A stretch of 64,000 nt of DNA from an uncultured bacterium (GTDB lineage Bacteria; Caldisericota; Caldisericia; JAAYUI01): the NCBI GenBank assembly GCA_965370295.1, contig CBDUSO010000006.1, forward strand, positions 846-64,845. Reading direction: 5' to 3'. Under the pieces are notes generated by a model that saw only the letters and a list, made by a program, of their open reading frames with translations, was not told the origin of the DNA and ran no database searches. Shown in pieces: positions 19,473 to 33,003 of the stretch (positions are counted from its first letter, which is position 1; the number at the start of each line of letters is the position of its first letter). A program made the position numbers and the translations under genes.

Positions 19473-20182
19473 GATACTGGCTCACCAATTACTGTAATAT
19501 ACACCGGTATCTCAAATTCACTCTTGATGTCAAGAAATTTAGCCACTGAATCATCAAGGTATGCACCGACATTACAAGAACCAAGCCCCAAATTTTCACA
19601 GACAAGCTGGGCTTGTGCTCCAATGTGTCCCGCATCCAAAAAGATATATCGATAACCTCTTGCCCTGTACCTTGCTGTTGTTCTTGCTGTAACTGCGGTT
19701 TGAATGTAGCAAATCTGACAGTTTGAAATCATTTTTTGTCCAAGGCATGCGGTTTTGAATTCTTCAGCTAAATCTCCAAGTTTCAACGGAATGAGCTGGT
19801 TGGCGACAGATTCATAAAGATAGAGACCCTTCTTCAATCCAGCCACATTGTTTACCAGAACATAGTTGTTGAAAGGATGCCTGTTTCCAGCGGAGGCAAC
19901 GGCACGAAGTTTCGCTACTCCAATCTCGGCTGTTATTCCTTGAGTGAGCCAAAGAATCTCAGAGAGTTGATTTTGTGTCATCGGAGTATCTGAAAAATTT
20001 CTTTTGCTTCGTCTTTTGTTTATCAACTTTGCAAGTTCTGATTCAAGTTTAGGTTTATCAAGATTTATTGATTCGTGTGTAAATTCTGGTAATTTCACAT
20101 CCGGCTCATTAATTTCACCAGGTTCTGCACCATCTGCTAAGTACGATGTATCCTTGAAAAACTTCTGACCGATATTATCCAT
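19469..20182 (-). CDS. SagB-type dehydrogenase / nitroreductase-family protein
   Basis: 237 aa. RRSKRNFSDTPMTQNQLSEILW and C-terminal nitroreductase-fold blocks are present. The stop overlaps the mglA stop by 4 nt, convergently. Confidence 0.55.
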   Translation of the reverse strand: MDNIGQKFFKDTSYLADGAEPGEINEPDVKLPEFTHESINLDKPKLESELAKLINKRRSKRNFSDTPMTQNQLSEILWLTQGITAEIGVAKLRAVASAGNRHPFNNYVLVNNVAGLKKGLYLYESVANQLIPLKLGDLAEEFKTACLGQKMISNCQICYIQTAVTARTTARYRARGYRYIFLDAGHIGAQAQLVCENLGLGSCNVGAYLDDSVAKFLDIKSEFEIPVYITVIGEPVS

Positions 20183-20287
20183 ATTTCTTCCTCCTTCAAA
20201 TATTAAGTCTATCCAAGCAGACTCTTGAACTTGTATTATTGTACAACGGTATTGAGAATAAAGAAGGATACCATCAGGAGGATGAAT

Positions 20288-23245
20288 ATGAAAATATCTA
20301 GAATAACTTCGATTATGGTTGTTATTGCACTCACAGGATTGTCGCTTGCAGGAGTAACTGTTTCACCTGTTTCGGCAACCCCACAGACAACAGGACAGTC
20401 TTTAATTTTGACATCGTCACCATCTGTTTTAACAGCCGGTGTGGTTTCGGAACTGGTTGACCCCACTCTTCCCCTCACGATATATGTCACTGACCAGGAT
20501 GGAAGCCCAATCGACCTGACCAGATCAGCAAACGGAGATTCAATAAAAATTGATGATGTCTGGAATCTTCTTTTCAGGGATCCACACCCTGATAACCAGG
20601 ATTTCTTTGGTCGCTCAGCACTGCTTCCACAGTACTACTGGACAAGAACCGATCTGCACAACGACGATAACACTGAGGTTTGTAACGATAAATTATTTGG
20701 AAAGAGAATGATCGACATTGATTTTTCTCGAGCAAACGAGGGAATATATATTTTCAAAGGTTTTGTCGCAAATGATGTTGGCAATTTTTATATCAGCGTT
20801 ACAACACCAGACAGAAGACGGGCTGGTTCAGTAAAAATCCAGGTGAAATCACCCATTGTAAGTTATGAAATCGTCAATACTGAAGATCCAAGTATGGTGG
20901 CATTTGACTCACCTGCCGATCCAGATTTTGTGATGACCGCACTTGATAATCGAATTTACAGCATAAAAGTATCCGTTCAAGATGCCATGGGAAATATAGT
21001 TCGTGGAATAAGCAACGGCGTAAGTCTCTGTGGTGGCATCAAAAGAACCGCCAGATTTACACCATTTACCACAAGGCCTGCAAATTATCAATGGGCAGAG
21101 AAACCTCTCGAAGTGGTTGCCAACAACTTTTATTCCGGCGGAACTGCATACTTCCTGTCATCCGTTGGCAATCGTTACGACCTTCACATTGGACTTGATC
21201 TGGACAACAACGGAAGGCTTGAGTGGACGAATCGTGAACTTCATGCCTTCGGACCACAGTATGTTATTGACACCGACCATAACAGCAGAACAAACTACCT
21301 CACATACTATAACACCACCAACTACATGTACTCCGATGGTGATTTCTCTGAACATCCATTCTTTGATTTACCACCTGCCGTTCACGGTGGTTGGGGACTT
21401 GGAAGTATTTACAACAGTGAAAAACTTGGTGGCATGGTCATGTCCGACTTCAACGATGACAACAAGATTGACTACAGGGATAGCTTGAACCTTGACAACA
21501 ACGGTCAGACCTCATTCTTTCTCTTTGCAGAAGATGCATGTTTTGTTGGAGGACTTGTCGGTGACAGCTACTGGGGAAATTATGATATTGCCGGACGACC
21601 CCCGTTAAACGCTACCTCGCCACAGTATATCACATCAAGGTATCGTGGTGACGGCGTGTACCACCTGGATTTTGATGCAATCCCCGACAACACCGCAAAG
21701 CTTGCACCACCAAACTTTAAACTCCTGTGGGCAAAAACTAGAGAAGAGATTGGCAAAAGTCTGCTTGATCCCGACCTTTATGATTTGATATACAGTACAC
21801 CAAACCACATCGTGGCAATCGTGACACCAGCCGATGAGAGAGATTTACCGGTGAAAACAATGGGTCAGGTAGGCATGGTCGGCAACCAAAGTGAAACCGC
21901 TATCTATGGCAGACTTGAATACAGACAAGAGTATCAAACCCGCGAATCGACCATCTATTTTACACCAACAGGCAACGGACGTGAGGTTATCGAGTTTAGA
22001 TACAGAACTGAAAACCAGTGGTACAATGCTGGTTTAACCGGCTCACCCCGTGAATATTACATTGATGAGATTTTTTGGCTGGATTCAGTACTCGGACTCA
22101 AACTTGAAATAACCTGGGATGAAGTGCCAACGGTTGACAACGAATCAATCGTAAAAATATTCTGCCATGAAGCGGGATCAAAAAAACCAGTTCCAGACGT
22201 TCTTGTCACCCTGAGTGGTGGAGGAATCGAAAAGAGTGCATTATCCGATGACATGGGAATTGCCACAATATCATGCAAATTTGGTAGCACCGGATTTGTT
22301 TCGATCACCGCATCAAAGCCTGGATTCATCGATGGAATAAATGAATTCAACATTGCAAAAGATGACGAACCGCCAAGCCTGATGGTTGACAATTTACCAG
22401 AGATAACAAAGGCAAAAGAAGTAAGTATCACCGGGAAAACTGATCCTGATTCAACAGTCATGGTCAATGGAAAAGAAGCAACTGTCGATTCTGAGGGAAA
22501 GTTCAGCATAAAAGTATCCTTGGTATCAGGTGAGAATATTTTAGATGTAACGGTAAAAGACATAGCAGGGAATATCACTTCAAAACGAATAAAGATCATG
22601 GTCGACGATATTCCACCAGAAATCTTTGTGGACGAAATCAAAAAACAGATAGACGTGGACACAGTTGTTGTTACCGGTAGAGTGGAGGTTGGCTCAAGAG
22701 TAAGGGTTGGTGCAGTCGAAGCAACCGTTGTAAACGATCTCTTCAAGGCAACCATTCCAGTTGTGCCGGGAATAAATAAAATCAAGATATTGGCAATGGA
22801 CAAAGTTGAGAATTCAAACCAGAAGGATTTGGAAATAATCGTATGGCATAAAACCGTGATTCAAATGCAGATTGGCAACAGTATTGTTATAGTTGACAGT
22901 GAGTTGACACCGCAACTCGAAGCACCACCATACATCAAAAACGACAGAACGATGGTACCAATCAGAGCTATTTCTCAAGGATTTGGAGCGGATGTTACAT
23001 GGTTCTCGGAGGATAGAAGCGTTGCGGTTGCACTAAACGATGGTGTTGGAAAGATTCTCATTCTGATGAAAATTGGTTCCAAAACTGCACTGGTTGGGAA
23101 TGAAACTGTTCTGCTGGATGCAGCACCAGAGATTGTCAACGGAAGAACGTTTGTACCACTTCGTTTTGTTGCTGAAAGTCTGGGTTGCCAGGTCGAGTAT
23201 AAGGCCGAAGAAAAGATCATCATAATGGAGCGTATTGCATACTAA
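20288..23245 (+). CDS. Large secreted protein with C-terminal tandem copper-amine-oxidase-N-terminal-like (CuAO-N-like) domains
   Basis: Signal peptide MKISRITSIMVVIALTGLSLAGVTVSPVSA, with an SD GGAGG 6 nt upstream of ATG 20288 (the ORF is open from 20225). The C-terminus carries two repeats of the P.I.N(D)RT.VP.R...LG..V.W module. Confidence 0.6.
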   Translation: MKISRITSIMVVIALTGLSLAGVTVSPVSATPQTTGQSLILTSSPSVLTAGVVSELVDPTLPLTIYVTDQDGSPIDLTRSANGDSIKIDDVWNLLFRDPHPDNQDFFGRSALLPQYYWTRTDLHNDDNTEVCNDKLFGKRMIDIDFSRANEGIYIFKGFVANDVGNFYISVTTPDRRRAGSVKIQVKSPIVSYEIVNTEDPSMVAFDSPADPDFVMTALDNRIYSIKVSVQDAMGNIVRGISNGVSLCGGIKRTARFTPFTTRPANYQWAEKPLEVVANNFYSGGTAYFLSSVGNRYDLHIGLDLDNNGRLEWTNRELHAFGPQYVIDTDHNSRTNYLTYYNTTNYMYSDGDFSEHPFFDLPPAVHGGWGLGSIYNSEKLGGMVMSDFNDDNKIDYRDSLNLDNNGQTSFFLFAEDACFVGGLVGDSYWGNYDIAGRPPLNATSPQYITSRYRGDGVYHLDFDAIPDNTAKLAPPNFKLLWAKTREEIGKSLLDPDLYDLIYSTPNHIVAIVTPADERDLPVKTMGQVGMVGNQSETAIYGRLEYRQEYQTRESTIYFTPTGNGREVIEFRYRTENQWYNAGLTGSPREYYIDEIFWLDSVLGLKLEITWDEVPTVDNESIVKIFCHEAGSKKPVPDVLVTLSGGGIEKSALSDDMGIATISCKFGSTGFVSITASKPGFIDGINEFNIAKDDEPPSLMVDNLPEITKAKEVSITGKTDPDSTVMVNGKEATVDSEGKFSIKVSLVSGENILDVTVKDIAGNITSKRIKIMVDDIPPEIFVDEIKKQIDVDTVVVTGRVEVGSRVRVGAVEATVVNDLFKATIPVVPGINKIKILAMDKVENSNQKDLEIIVWHKTVIQMQIGNSIVIVDSELTPQLEAPPYIKNDRTMVPIRAISQGFGADVTWFSEDRSVAVALNDGVGKILILMKIGSKTALVGNETVLLDAAPEIVNGRTFVPLRFVAESLGCQVEYKAEEKIIIMERIAY

Positions 23246-23271
23246 TCGAAGCAATTACCAAAAAAAAATAG

Positions 23272-23305
23272 AAAAATGGATCGGATTTTAGTACCGATCC
23301 ATTTT
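23272..23305 (+). terminator. Rho-independent terminator
   Basis: AAAAATGGATCGG-N9-CCGATCCATTTTT, with a perfect 13-bp stem. Lies 27 nt after the stop of 20288..23245. Confidence 0.55.
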
Positions 23306-23351
23306 TCATACAATTGACTATAAAAGCGATAAAGGCTATTATTACAAATCA

Positions 23352-26076
23352 ATGCTTAAACGATTCATACTACTTTTGATTACGATAATTCTCATTGTTT
23401 CTCCTGGCTTGCCAAAAACAATGGCTCAGGAGAGATACAATTTTTTGATTGTTGTTGCTGACGGACTAAGAGAAATAATTGAACCACTTGCAAACCATCG
23501 AACAGAGCAGGGTTTGCGAGTAAAAATTGTTGAAATAAGTGAAATTAAAAGTGATAACAGAGACACTATCGAACAGAAGTTATGGAATTATCTAAGGGAC
23601 AATTATGAAGAATGGGGACTTTCACATCTACTGATTGTTGCAAACAGCAGAGACATTCCCCAAGCCCGACTGCATTCTGCAAATGGAGTCAAGGTGGGTG
23701 GAAATAATCAAGCCGGGCTTGTTTACTCAGATATTTACTACTCAATCCTCAATCAAGACTGGGATTCAAATGACAACGGTTTACTGGGTGAACCAATCGA
23801 TAACGTTGAGATTGATCCACAGTTATCTATAGGTCGAATTCCATTCTCAAACAAAGACATTGTGAGTAAGTGGGTAGAAGGAAATATCGGTTACGACGAA
23901 TCTGCAAAACGTAGACATGTTCTGCAAATTGGTGCAATCTACTCATTTGAAAAAGAGGATGGAGACCCGACAAATCTCTATACTGACGGTACAACAATGC
24001 ACAACATCATCTGGGATGAACTTCTTTCAAAAAATAGATTTAGTCGGGTCAGAATGTTTGAAAATGACTCGAAGGGAATCGATAAGGAAATTGTTACAGA
24101 CGAAACTCTCAGTGTTTCAAACGTTCTTACAACACTCTCTGAAAATGAGTTTGGTATGGTCAATTTCCTGGCACACGGTGAAACAACAAGCGTCAAAAGA
24201 AAGAGATGGCAGAGAGACATAAACAAGAATGGATGGGCTGACAACAGAACCCAAACAGGTGAAAGCGAAATTCTAATCGAAACCCTCTTCTCTGCAGATT
24301 TAATCTCTGCAATCGAAGTAAATTGTGGCGTTGTGATTGGCACTGCCTGCTCAACTGCATACGTTGCGACCAGCATTGATTCAATCGCAAGTTCATTCTT
24401 GAGATCAGGTGCATCAGCATACATCGGCGGAAGTGCGATGAACTATTTCTTCCCCGGATGGGGCTCAAGAGAAGATGGCGGGAATCAAACAATCTCCTAT
24501 GATATAACCAAATATTACACCGAAGGAGCAACATTGGGCTGGTCACTGATGTCCACACTCAGAGATTATTACTACAACTTCAACAGCTTCAGCAGTATCG
24601 ATAAAACCCTGCAGAACGTTTATTCATTCATCCTTCTTGGAGATCCAACAATGAGGCTCGACCCTCCAAAATCTGTAAAACAACTCCCCGTTTTTTTGAA
24701 ACCTCCCATTGTGAAAATAACATCAGGTGAGACTGCAACTATCAACGTTGAAATTGGGAATGTGAACAGCACTAACCCAGTTATTCTACACGTTGATGGC
24801 TCAGTGAATGGAATTTCTTTTTCCTTCCCACAGGGAACATCATTACCGGGATCAATTATTAAATTGACTATTGATACTTCTATCACCGTAAACCCCGGCG
24901 ATTACGAATTTATAATTGTTGGTGAAGTTGAAGACTACCATGGTAGTGCAACCCTCAGAGTAAAAATTGTTCCACCCCCGGAGTCTACAATAGTCCAGTT
25001 GCAACCAGAATACACACTCGTAAATAAGAACCATGAATTCTGGTTGGATTTCATCGTCAAACCAACAAAACCTATTGACAGCCTCGCGTTAACCCTGAAC
25101 TATGATTCCAGTTGTTTTGAATATGTTGGATACAGACTCGGTGCTATCATCACGGAAGATTATCGTTGCCCCAGCTCCGTTAATGTTGATAACCGCCCTG
25201 GATTTTCAGATTTAATATTCAGTTTTGAGAGAGGGGTGGACAATTACGGAATCACAACTCAGGGCGTTGTAGTCTCTTTCTGTTTCAAAAGCGTATGCCT
25301 GAGCGAAGTCCGAGGAAGCCGTAAGTTTGCTGTTTCTTCCCTGCATATTGAATCCAACAAGGATGATGGCAGGAGAACTCACAGCTTTGCGTCCCTTCCG
25401 CATTCACTCGTCAAGGTGATTGACGAACAAAACAGCACGGATGGATATTTTATTAATATTGATATTCCACTTGAACTTGATTACAAATCAGACCTGTCAA
25501 CTGCATCAAATCAGTTAACAATCACAGGGAAAACTACTGTTGGAACAACACTTTCAATCAACAGCAAACTTGTTCCTGTCGATTCAGAGGGAAAGTTCAT
25601 TAAAACAATTGATTTGAATTCACGGGTTACAGATATTGAATTTATGATGGTAGATGAATTCAATCGATTTCTGATGATAAAGAGAAGAGTTGAAATCTCC
25701 ACAATAACAGAACTTGGGTTCCATAATGGTGAAAATTCTGCATGGACAAATGGAGCGTGCCAAACATTTGATGCAAGTCCATATATAACAAATGGTCGAA
25801 CACTGGTACCAATTCGATTTATCACGGTTCAATTGGATTTTGATATTTCCTGGAACAGCGAGGATCGAAGGGTTGACATCTCAAAAAATGGAACCTCTAT
25901 CCAAATGTGGATTGGCAATGTAAACGCAAAGCTCAACGGCAACGACTACAGGCTCGATGCACCACCAGAGATAACATCTGACAGAACATTTGTTCCGTTA
26001 AGGTTTGTAAGTGAAGCCCTGGGATGTGATGTTTCCTGGGACAACAAAACCAGAACGGCACTGGTAACCTATAACG

Positions 26077-26093
<17 letters not shown>
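23352..26093 (+). CDS. Gingipain-like (peptidase C25 family) secreted cysteine peptidase with C-terminal CuAO-N-like domain pair
   Basis: 913 aa with a signal peptide. The N-terminal region resembles the C25 fold (FLIVVADGL..., candidate catalytic His in NFLAHGE and Cys in IGTACSTAYV). The C-terminus has two CuAO-N-like modules (PYITNGRTLVPIRFI...; PEITSDRTFVPLRFVSEALGCDVSW). Confidence 0.55.
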
Positions 26094-28373
<2,280 letters not shown>

Positions 28374-28519
28374 TCATGTCAAGCAACACTTGGTTTTTTT
28401 AGATTATGTGCTATACTAAAAGCTAGAAGTTATATTCTGAATGAACCAGTTTTTATCTAAACTTTTTGTCTGGTGAAGGAATGTCTTCGGTTGCAAATTT
28501 ATAGCAAAGGAGGAGTGCA

Positions 28520-29983
28520 ATGATTAATTTGATGATAACGCTACACTGTCATATTCCCTATGTCAGAAAGAGGGGAATTTGGCCATACGGTGAGGAATGG
28601 ATATATGAATCCATGCTCGAATCATATATTCCACTGATCATGATGCTAAGAGACCTATCAATATCTGGACAAAAAAATATTTTATCGGTTTCAATTTCAC
28701 CAATCTTGATAGAGCAATTAAACGATGACTATATCAAAGAGGGATTCAACGAATATCTTCAAAAGAGAATCGAACTCACAGATCGAGATATTTCAGATTT
28801 CACAAAAAAGAGCTGGAATAATCTGAAGGTAATCGCTGAGTATCAAAAAGAATATTTGAATGGTATAAAAAACACATGGGAGATGCTTCAGGGAAACCTG
28901 CTCGAAACATTATCCAATCTCGAAAAAAGCGGGCTAATTGAAATTGGGGCTTCATCTGCCACCCATGCAATCCTTCCACTCTTATCAAAAAAATCAATCG
29001 ACAGGCAGATTGATATTGGCATGAAATCGCTGAAAGAGCGAATGAATATCACACCAAAATTCTTCTGGTTGCCAGAGTGTGCCTACAAACTTGGACTGGA
29101 AGAGAGCTTGGAATCAGCTGGAATAAGTTTTGTCTTTATGGGTAGCAGTGTCTCTGGAAACGAAAACTCTTATCATCCATATCGACTTGGAAACTCCAAG
29201 GTTGTGGCGATCTCAAGACAATGGGAACTCTCAAAAAAGATATGGTCTACTGAATCTGGATTCCCCGGTGACCCTCGTTATCGTGAGTTCCAGAAACGCT
29301 ACAGACGTTCCGGTAACAGGTACTGGCATATTACCGGGGCAAGGGTATCTCTTGCAAAAAAAGGTATTCTCGATATTGAAAAGAGCAGGGTTGCCACAAA
29401 CGAGCATGTGCATGAATTCATTGAGGATTTGAACAGCCTTGCGTCTGATGGCGTGAATAAAACTGTTTCACTTTCATTCGACGCAGAAGTTTTTGGTCAA
29501 ACCTGGTTTGAGGGCGTAGAATGGCTAAAAAAAGTGATACTCAGCATAAAAGACAGCAAGGAAATAAAACTCACAACACCAGGTAGCATCCTCGCAGAGA
29601 TTGATTCAAGTGAGCTTGAATCGTTGAGACCAGCAATCTGTTGCTGGGGAAAAGATGGCAACCTGGAATCCTGGAGTAGACCATCGGTTTCCTGGATGTG
29701 GGAAGAGCTTGGAACAATGGCTTCAAAGTTCTTTGATTTGGAGAAAGATAAAAACATAAACAGGTCACATCTTGCACAGCTTGAACGGGAACTACTCCTG
29801 TCCCAAGCATCGGATTGGCCATTCCTGATTACCTCAAAAAATGCAAGGGTGTACGGAGAAAAGAGATTCAGAATGCATGCAAAGGCTTTCTGGAATATCG
29901 TTGACATGATCGAAACAGACTTCAAGGGTTTCAACTTTGAGTTAATCGTAAAAAAGGATAATCCGTTTCCGTTCCTCGGCTAG
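28520..29983 (+). CDS. Glycoside hydrolase family 57-type alpha-glucan branching enzyme-like protein (DUF1957)
   Basis: 487 aa with HCHIPYVR, WLPECAY and GDPRY blocks characteristic of GH57 enzymes. Confidence 0.65.
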   Translation: MINLMITLHCHIPYVRKRGIWPYGEEWIYESMLESYIPLIMMLRDLSISGQKNILSVSISPILIEQLNDDYIKEGFNEYLQKRIELTDRDISDFTKKSWNNLKVIAEYQKEYLNGIKNTWEMLQGNLLETLSNLEKSGLIEIGASSATHAILPLLSKKSIDRQIDIGMKSLKERMNITPKFFWLPECAYKLGLEESLESAGISFVFMGSSVSGNENSYHPYRLGNSKVVAISRQWELSKKIWSTESGFPGDPRYREFQKRYRRSGNRYWHITGARVSLAKKGILDIEKSRVATNEHVHEFIEDLNSLASDGVNKTVSLSFDAEVFGQTWFEGVEWLKKVILSIKDSKEIKLTTPGSILAEIDSSELESLRPAICCWGKDGNLESWSRPSVSWMWEELGTMASKFFDLEKDKNINRSHLAQLERELLLSQASDWPFLITSKNARVYGEKRFRMHAKAFWNIVDMIETDFKGFNFELIVKKDNPFPFLG

Positions 29984-30423
29984 TCTGGCAACTTAGAAAA
30001 AGAGATAGTCGGTTCGATAATTATCTCACAGGTTGATGATTTCCCAACCGGACACATGTCGCGGGCTTTGCCCAGCAAACGATGTGCACGCTCAACATTT
30101 TTCTCCTCCGAGATTACAATTTTTACATTTATGTCTATTCTTGAGAACCTCAAATAGCCATCCAAAAACTCCATGTCGCCCTTTGCTTTTGACTGATAAG
30201 TAATTAATTTTATCCGGGCTTTTTCACAAAAATCAAGAAACGTTGTCATTATGCACACGACATTTGAAGCTACAAACAGATCCTCAGGGGTAACTATTCC
30301 ACTGTGACCGCCAAACTCCGGAGGGCATGCAACTTGAATCTGATCAAAGCCACCATTTAGAAAACCTTTGTGTTCCTTTTCCCAATCGACATCAACATTG
30401 TAGCTGAATATTTTTCTCTTCAT
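29980..30423 (-). CDS. OsmC/Ohr-family protein
   Basis: 147 aa. The size and two-Cys pattern (ACPPEFGG ... DMCPV) are consistent with the OsmC fold. Convergent 4-nt overlap with the GH57 gene. Confidence 0.6.
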   Translation of the reverse strand: MKRKIFSYNVDVDWEKEHKGFLNGGFDQIQVACPPEFGGHSGIVTPEDLFVASNVVCIMTTFLDFCEKARIKLITYQSKAKGDMEFLDGYLRFSRIDINVKIVISEEKNVERAHRLLGKARDMCPVGKSSTCEIIIEPTISFSKLPD

Positions 30424-30521
30424 GGTTGTTTTTAATAATTCAATTTCACTTGGCTGTCAAGTCTTGCATGATTTCATAAATTCTATAGAATTTACTCTGT
30501 AAAACGAAAGGATGGTATGTA

Positions 30522-30959
30522 ATGATAAATTATAACTTAGCAATCTTTGAGAATTTGTTTCCCGGACAATCGGTTGGCTGGATGTATGCAGCAATCATAC
30601 TTTTCATTGTGATTGCATTTTCATTTGCGATTGGAAATATGATCTCCGTAAAACTCCTGAAACCACAGTTCAAGAATGCTGGAAGAATATTTTATGGTGC
30701 ATTGATATGGCTTTGTACCAACATCGTGCTTGCCCTCTTCCTGAATGGATTCAATCTTTGGGTGAATATTCTCAGTCTTGTTGCGTTCTACTTTGAAACC
30801 AAGTTTCTGTTTGATTATGACTGGGGAAAAGCTGTTGTTGCTGTGATTATTCCTTTGGTTGTTGCAGTTGTTATTATTGGAATTCTCTGGTTTGCCATTC
30901 CGGGCAATTGGGTAAAAACAGCTCTATTCCCAACACCACAAAACTTGCTTATCTGGTAA
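30522..30959 (+). CDS. Hypothetical polytopic membrane protein
   Basis: 145 aa, 4 predicted TM helices. Confidence 0.4.
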   Translation: MINYNLAIFENLFPGQSVGWMYAAIILFIVIAFSFAIGNMISVKLLKPQFKNAGRIFYGALIWLCTNIVLALFLNGFNLWVNILSLVAFYFETKFLFDYDWGKAVVAVIIPLVVAVVIIGILWFAIPGNWVKTALFPTPQNLLIW

Positions 30960-30980
30960 TCATAAACATAGGAGAACACA

Positions 30981-31847
30981 ATGGATTTTAGTGTATTGTC
31001 AACCGGGAAACTGGTTCGACTGGTTAGAATGGCGTACGAACATGGACCTGGCGACGGGAAGTTAATGATCCTCCCAATCGACCAGGGAGTTGAACATGGA
31101 CCAATAGATTTTTTTACAAACCCTGCTTCTGCTGACCCAAGGTATCAGTTTCAGCTTGCTTTGAATGGTGATTATTCAGCAATCGCTTTGCACATTGGTT
31201 TGGCTCAGAGATACCTAAGCGAATTTGCAGGACTTGTCCCTCTCGTTCTGAAGCTAAATGGAAAAACAAATATTCCGTCTGACGAGTTTGCGTTTTCACC
31301 ACTTACATCAACCGTCGAAGATGCAATTCGTCTTGGTGCAGATGCCGTTGGGTACACCCTTTATGTCGGCTCACCAAGACAGGATGATGACATTGAGCAA
31401 CTTGCTCATGTCAGAGCGGAATGCGACCGATTTGGTATGCCCCTCATAGTATGGTCATACCCTCGTGGCAGTGCGGTTGCCGACAAAGGTGGTAAGAACT
31501 CACTCTACGCAATCGACTATGCCTCCAGACTGGCTTTGGAGCTTGGGGCTGATGTCATCAAATTAAACTACCCGGAATTAAAATCAGATAACCAACCAAA
31601 AGGCTACTCATCTTTGCAAGAGGATGAATCGTCAATGATGAAACGAATCGTCAAATCAGCCGGAAAGGCTGGAGTAATCGTTTCTGGTGGATCGAAAATT
31701 TCTGACGATCAACTTCTTCACAAGGTGAAAAATTCACTTTCTGCTGGCGTGATGGGTTTTATTTTTGGCAGAAACATGTGGCAGAGACCAATGGAAGAGG
31801 CTCTCAAGCTAACAGAAAAAATTCAATCAGTTATGTCTGAATCGTAA
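30981..31847 (+). CDS. Class I fructose-bisphosphate aldolase, archaeal/DhnA type (DeoC/LacD superfamily)
   Basis: 288 aa. Matches the DhnA-type aldolase pattern (LMILPIDQGVEHGP..., VIKLNYP Schiff-base Lys region). Confidence 0.7.
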   Translation: MDFSVLSTGKLVRLVRMAYEHGPGDGKLMILPIDQGVEHGPIDFFTNPASADPRYQFQLALNGDYSAIALHIGLAQRYLSEFAGLVPLVLKLNGKTNIPSDEFAFSPLTSTVEDAIRLGADAVGYTLYVGSPRQDDDIEQLAHVRAECDRFGMPLIVWSYPRGSAVADKGGKNSLYAIDYASRLALELGADVIKLNYPELKSDNQPKGYSSLQEDESSMMKRIVKSAGKAGVIVSGGSKISDDQLLHKVKNSLSAGVMGFIFGRNMWQRPMEEALKLTEKIQSVMSES

Positions 31848-31869
31848 AAATATCAAAGCTAACAAATAT

Positions 31870-31905
31870 AAAAAAGGTGCTATGAATATTCATAGCACCT
31901 TTTTT
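31870..31905. terminator. Bidirectional rho-independent terminator
   Basis: A6-GGTGCTATGAATATTCATAGCACC-T6 is a perfect palindrome. It lies between the convergent aldolase (+) and lipoprotein (-) genes. Confidence 0.6.
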
Positions 31906-31925
31906 GTTGGAAAATAATATTTTGA

Positions 31926-32999
31926 CTAATCGTCTTCGTTTTCAATCTTTAAGTCTGGTCTCTCAATTGGTTCTGGTTCCGGGATTGGTAGCTGTTCATG
32001 CCCACCTGGAAATTCAGTTTCTATCACCTTCACGTCAGTTGGTATCTCAATTGGTTCGACCTTCCCTATATCATAAACAACGAGGTAAACCGGTGATTGC
32101 TCTGATCCATATTCACCCGTTGCAATTCTTGCATCACAACCCATTATCAGATTATTTAAAACAAATATCTCTCCATTGAACGACTGGGAGACCTCTTTGC
32201 CGATGCCGGAAACATGGAATCTTTCATACGATATTCCGTCAATAGTTATTGGATCAAGCTTTGTTACTATGGCATCCTCAGATGACATCACACCATTTAG
32301 TACTGCCATGTAGTCTATAATCACATCAGCAGGTGTTGGTATCGTTTCTTCAGGTATCACGTGTTTATACCATACGCCTTCACCTGGTTCGAATGAATAT
32401 ATAGAATTTCCACTAATAATATCAGTCATACCAGGTCCACCCGAAGGAGTGTTTGATGTCACTTTTACAATATCTCCATGAACATGTGCAATCATTTTAT
32501 CATCAGTTGTCACAGATGATGGTGCAATTCCAATAATAATCTTACAGTTATCAAGCTCTGTCATGAACTCAAATCCAGGGATTGTTTCAAGTTTTTCACC
32601 CGGTGGAATTGGAATTGGAATATCTTTTGGTCGGTTGTTACCCATATCTTCGGGGTCAAACTCATTTTCACCATGTTGATTGCCTGCTGTCGGAAACATC
32701 ATGAACTCTTCAAATGTATCTTCGTTGATTATGTATATCTGCTCAACAGGCTCAAATCCATCTATCTTGATCTGAATTTTATGCTCACCCGACTTGATCC
32801 CATCAAACGCAAACATTCCATTTTCATCTGAGAGGGTGTTAATCTTCCCGTCGAAGGATACTTTGACACCCGGCATTGGTTCGTTGATAATTCCATTTCG
32901 AACTGTTCCATCAAAACGGGAAGTATCTCCTCCACAAGACATCAGTACGACTGACATCAACATAACTAAAACGGTAACTAGAACTGTAGCTTTTTTCAT
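31926..32999 (-). CDS. Lipoprotein with carboxypeptidase-regulatory-like (CarboxypepD_reg) beta-sandwich domain
   Basis: 357 aa. Lipoprotein signal (LMSVVLMSCGG), then GTVRNGIINEPMPGVKVSF...ENGMFAFDGIKSGEHKIQI. Confidence 0.45.
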   Translation of the reverse strand: MKKATVLVTVLVMLMSVVLMSCGGDTSRFDGTVRNGIINEPMPGVKVSFDGKINTLSDENGMFAFDGIKSGEHKIQIKIDGFEPVEQIYIINEDTFEEFMMFPTAGNQHGENEFDPEDMGNNRPKDIPIPIPPGEKLETIPGFEFMTELDNCKIIIGIAPSSVTTDDKMIAHVHGDIVKVTSNTPSGGPGMTDIISGNSIYSFEPGEGVWYKHVIPEETIPTPADVIIDYMAVLNGVMSSEDAIVTKLDPITIDGISYERFHVSGIGKEVSQSFNGEIFVLNNLIMGCDARIATGEYGSEQSPVYLVVYDIGKVEPIEIPTDVKVIETEFPGGHEQLPIPEPEPIERPDLKIENEDD

Positions 33000-33003
33000 C
33001 TTG

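Noticed and set aside
22057-22803. 248-aa minus-strand ORF
   Set aside because: It is a Ser/Thr-rich antisense shadow of the 20288..23245 surface-protein gene.
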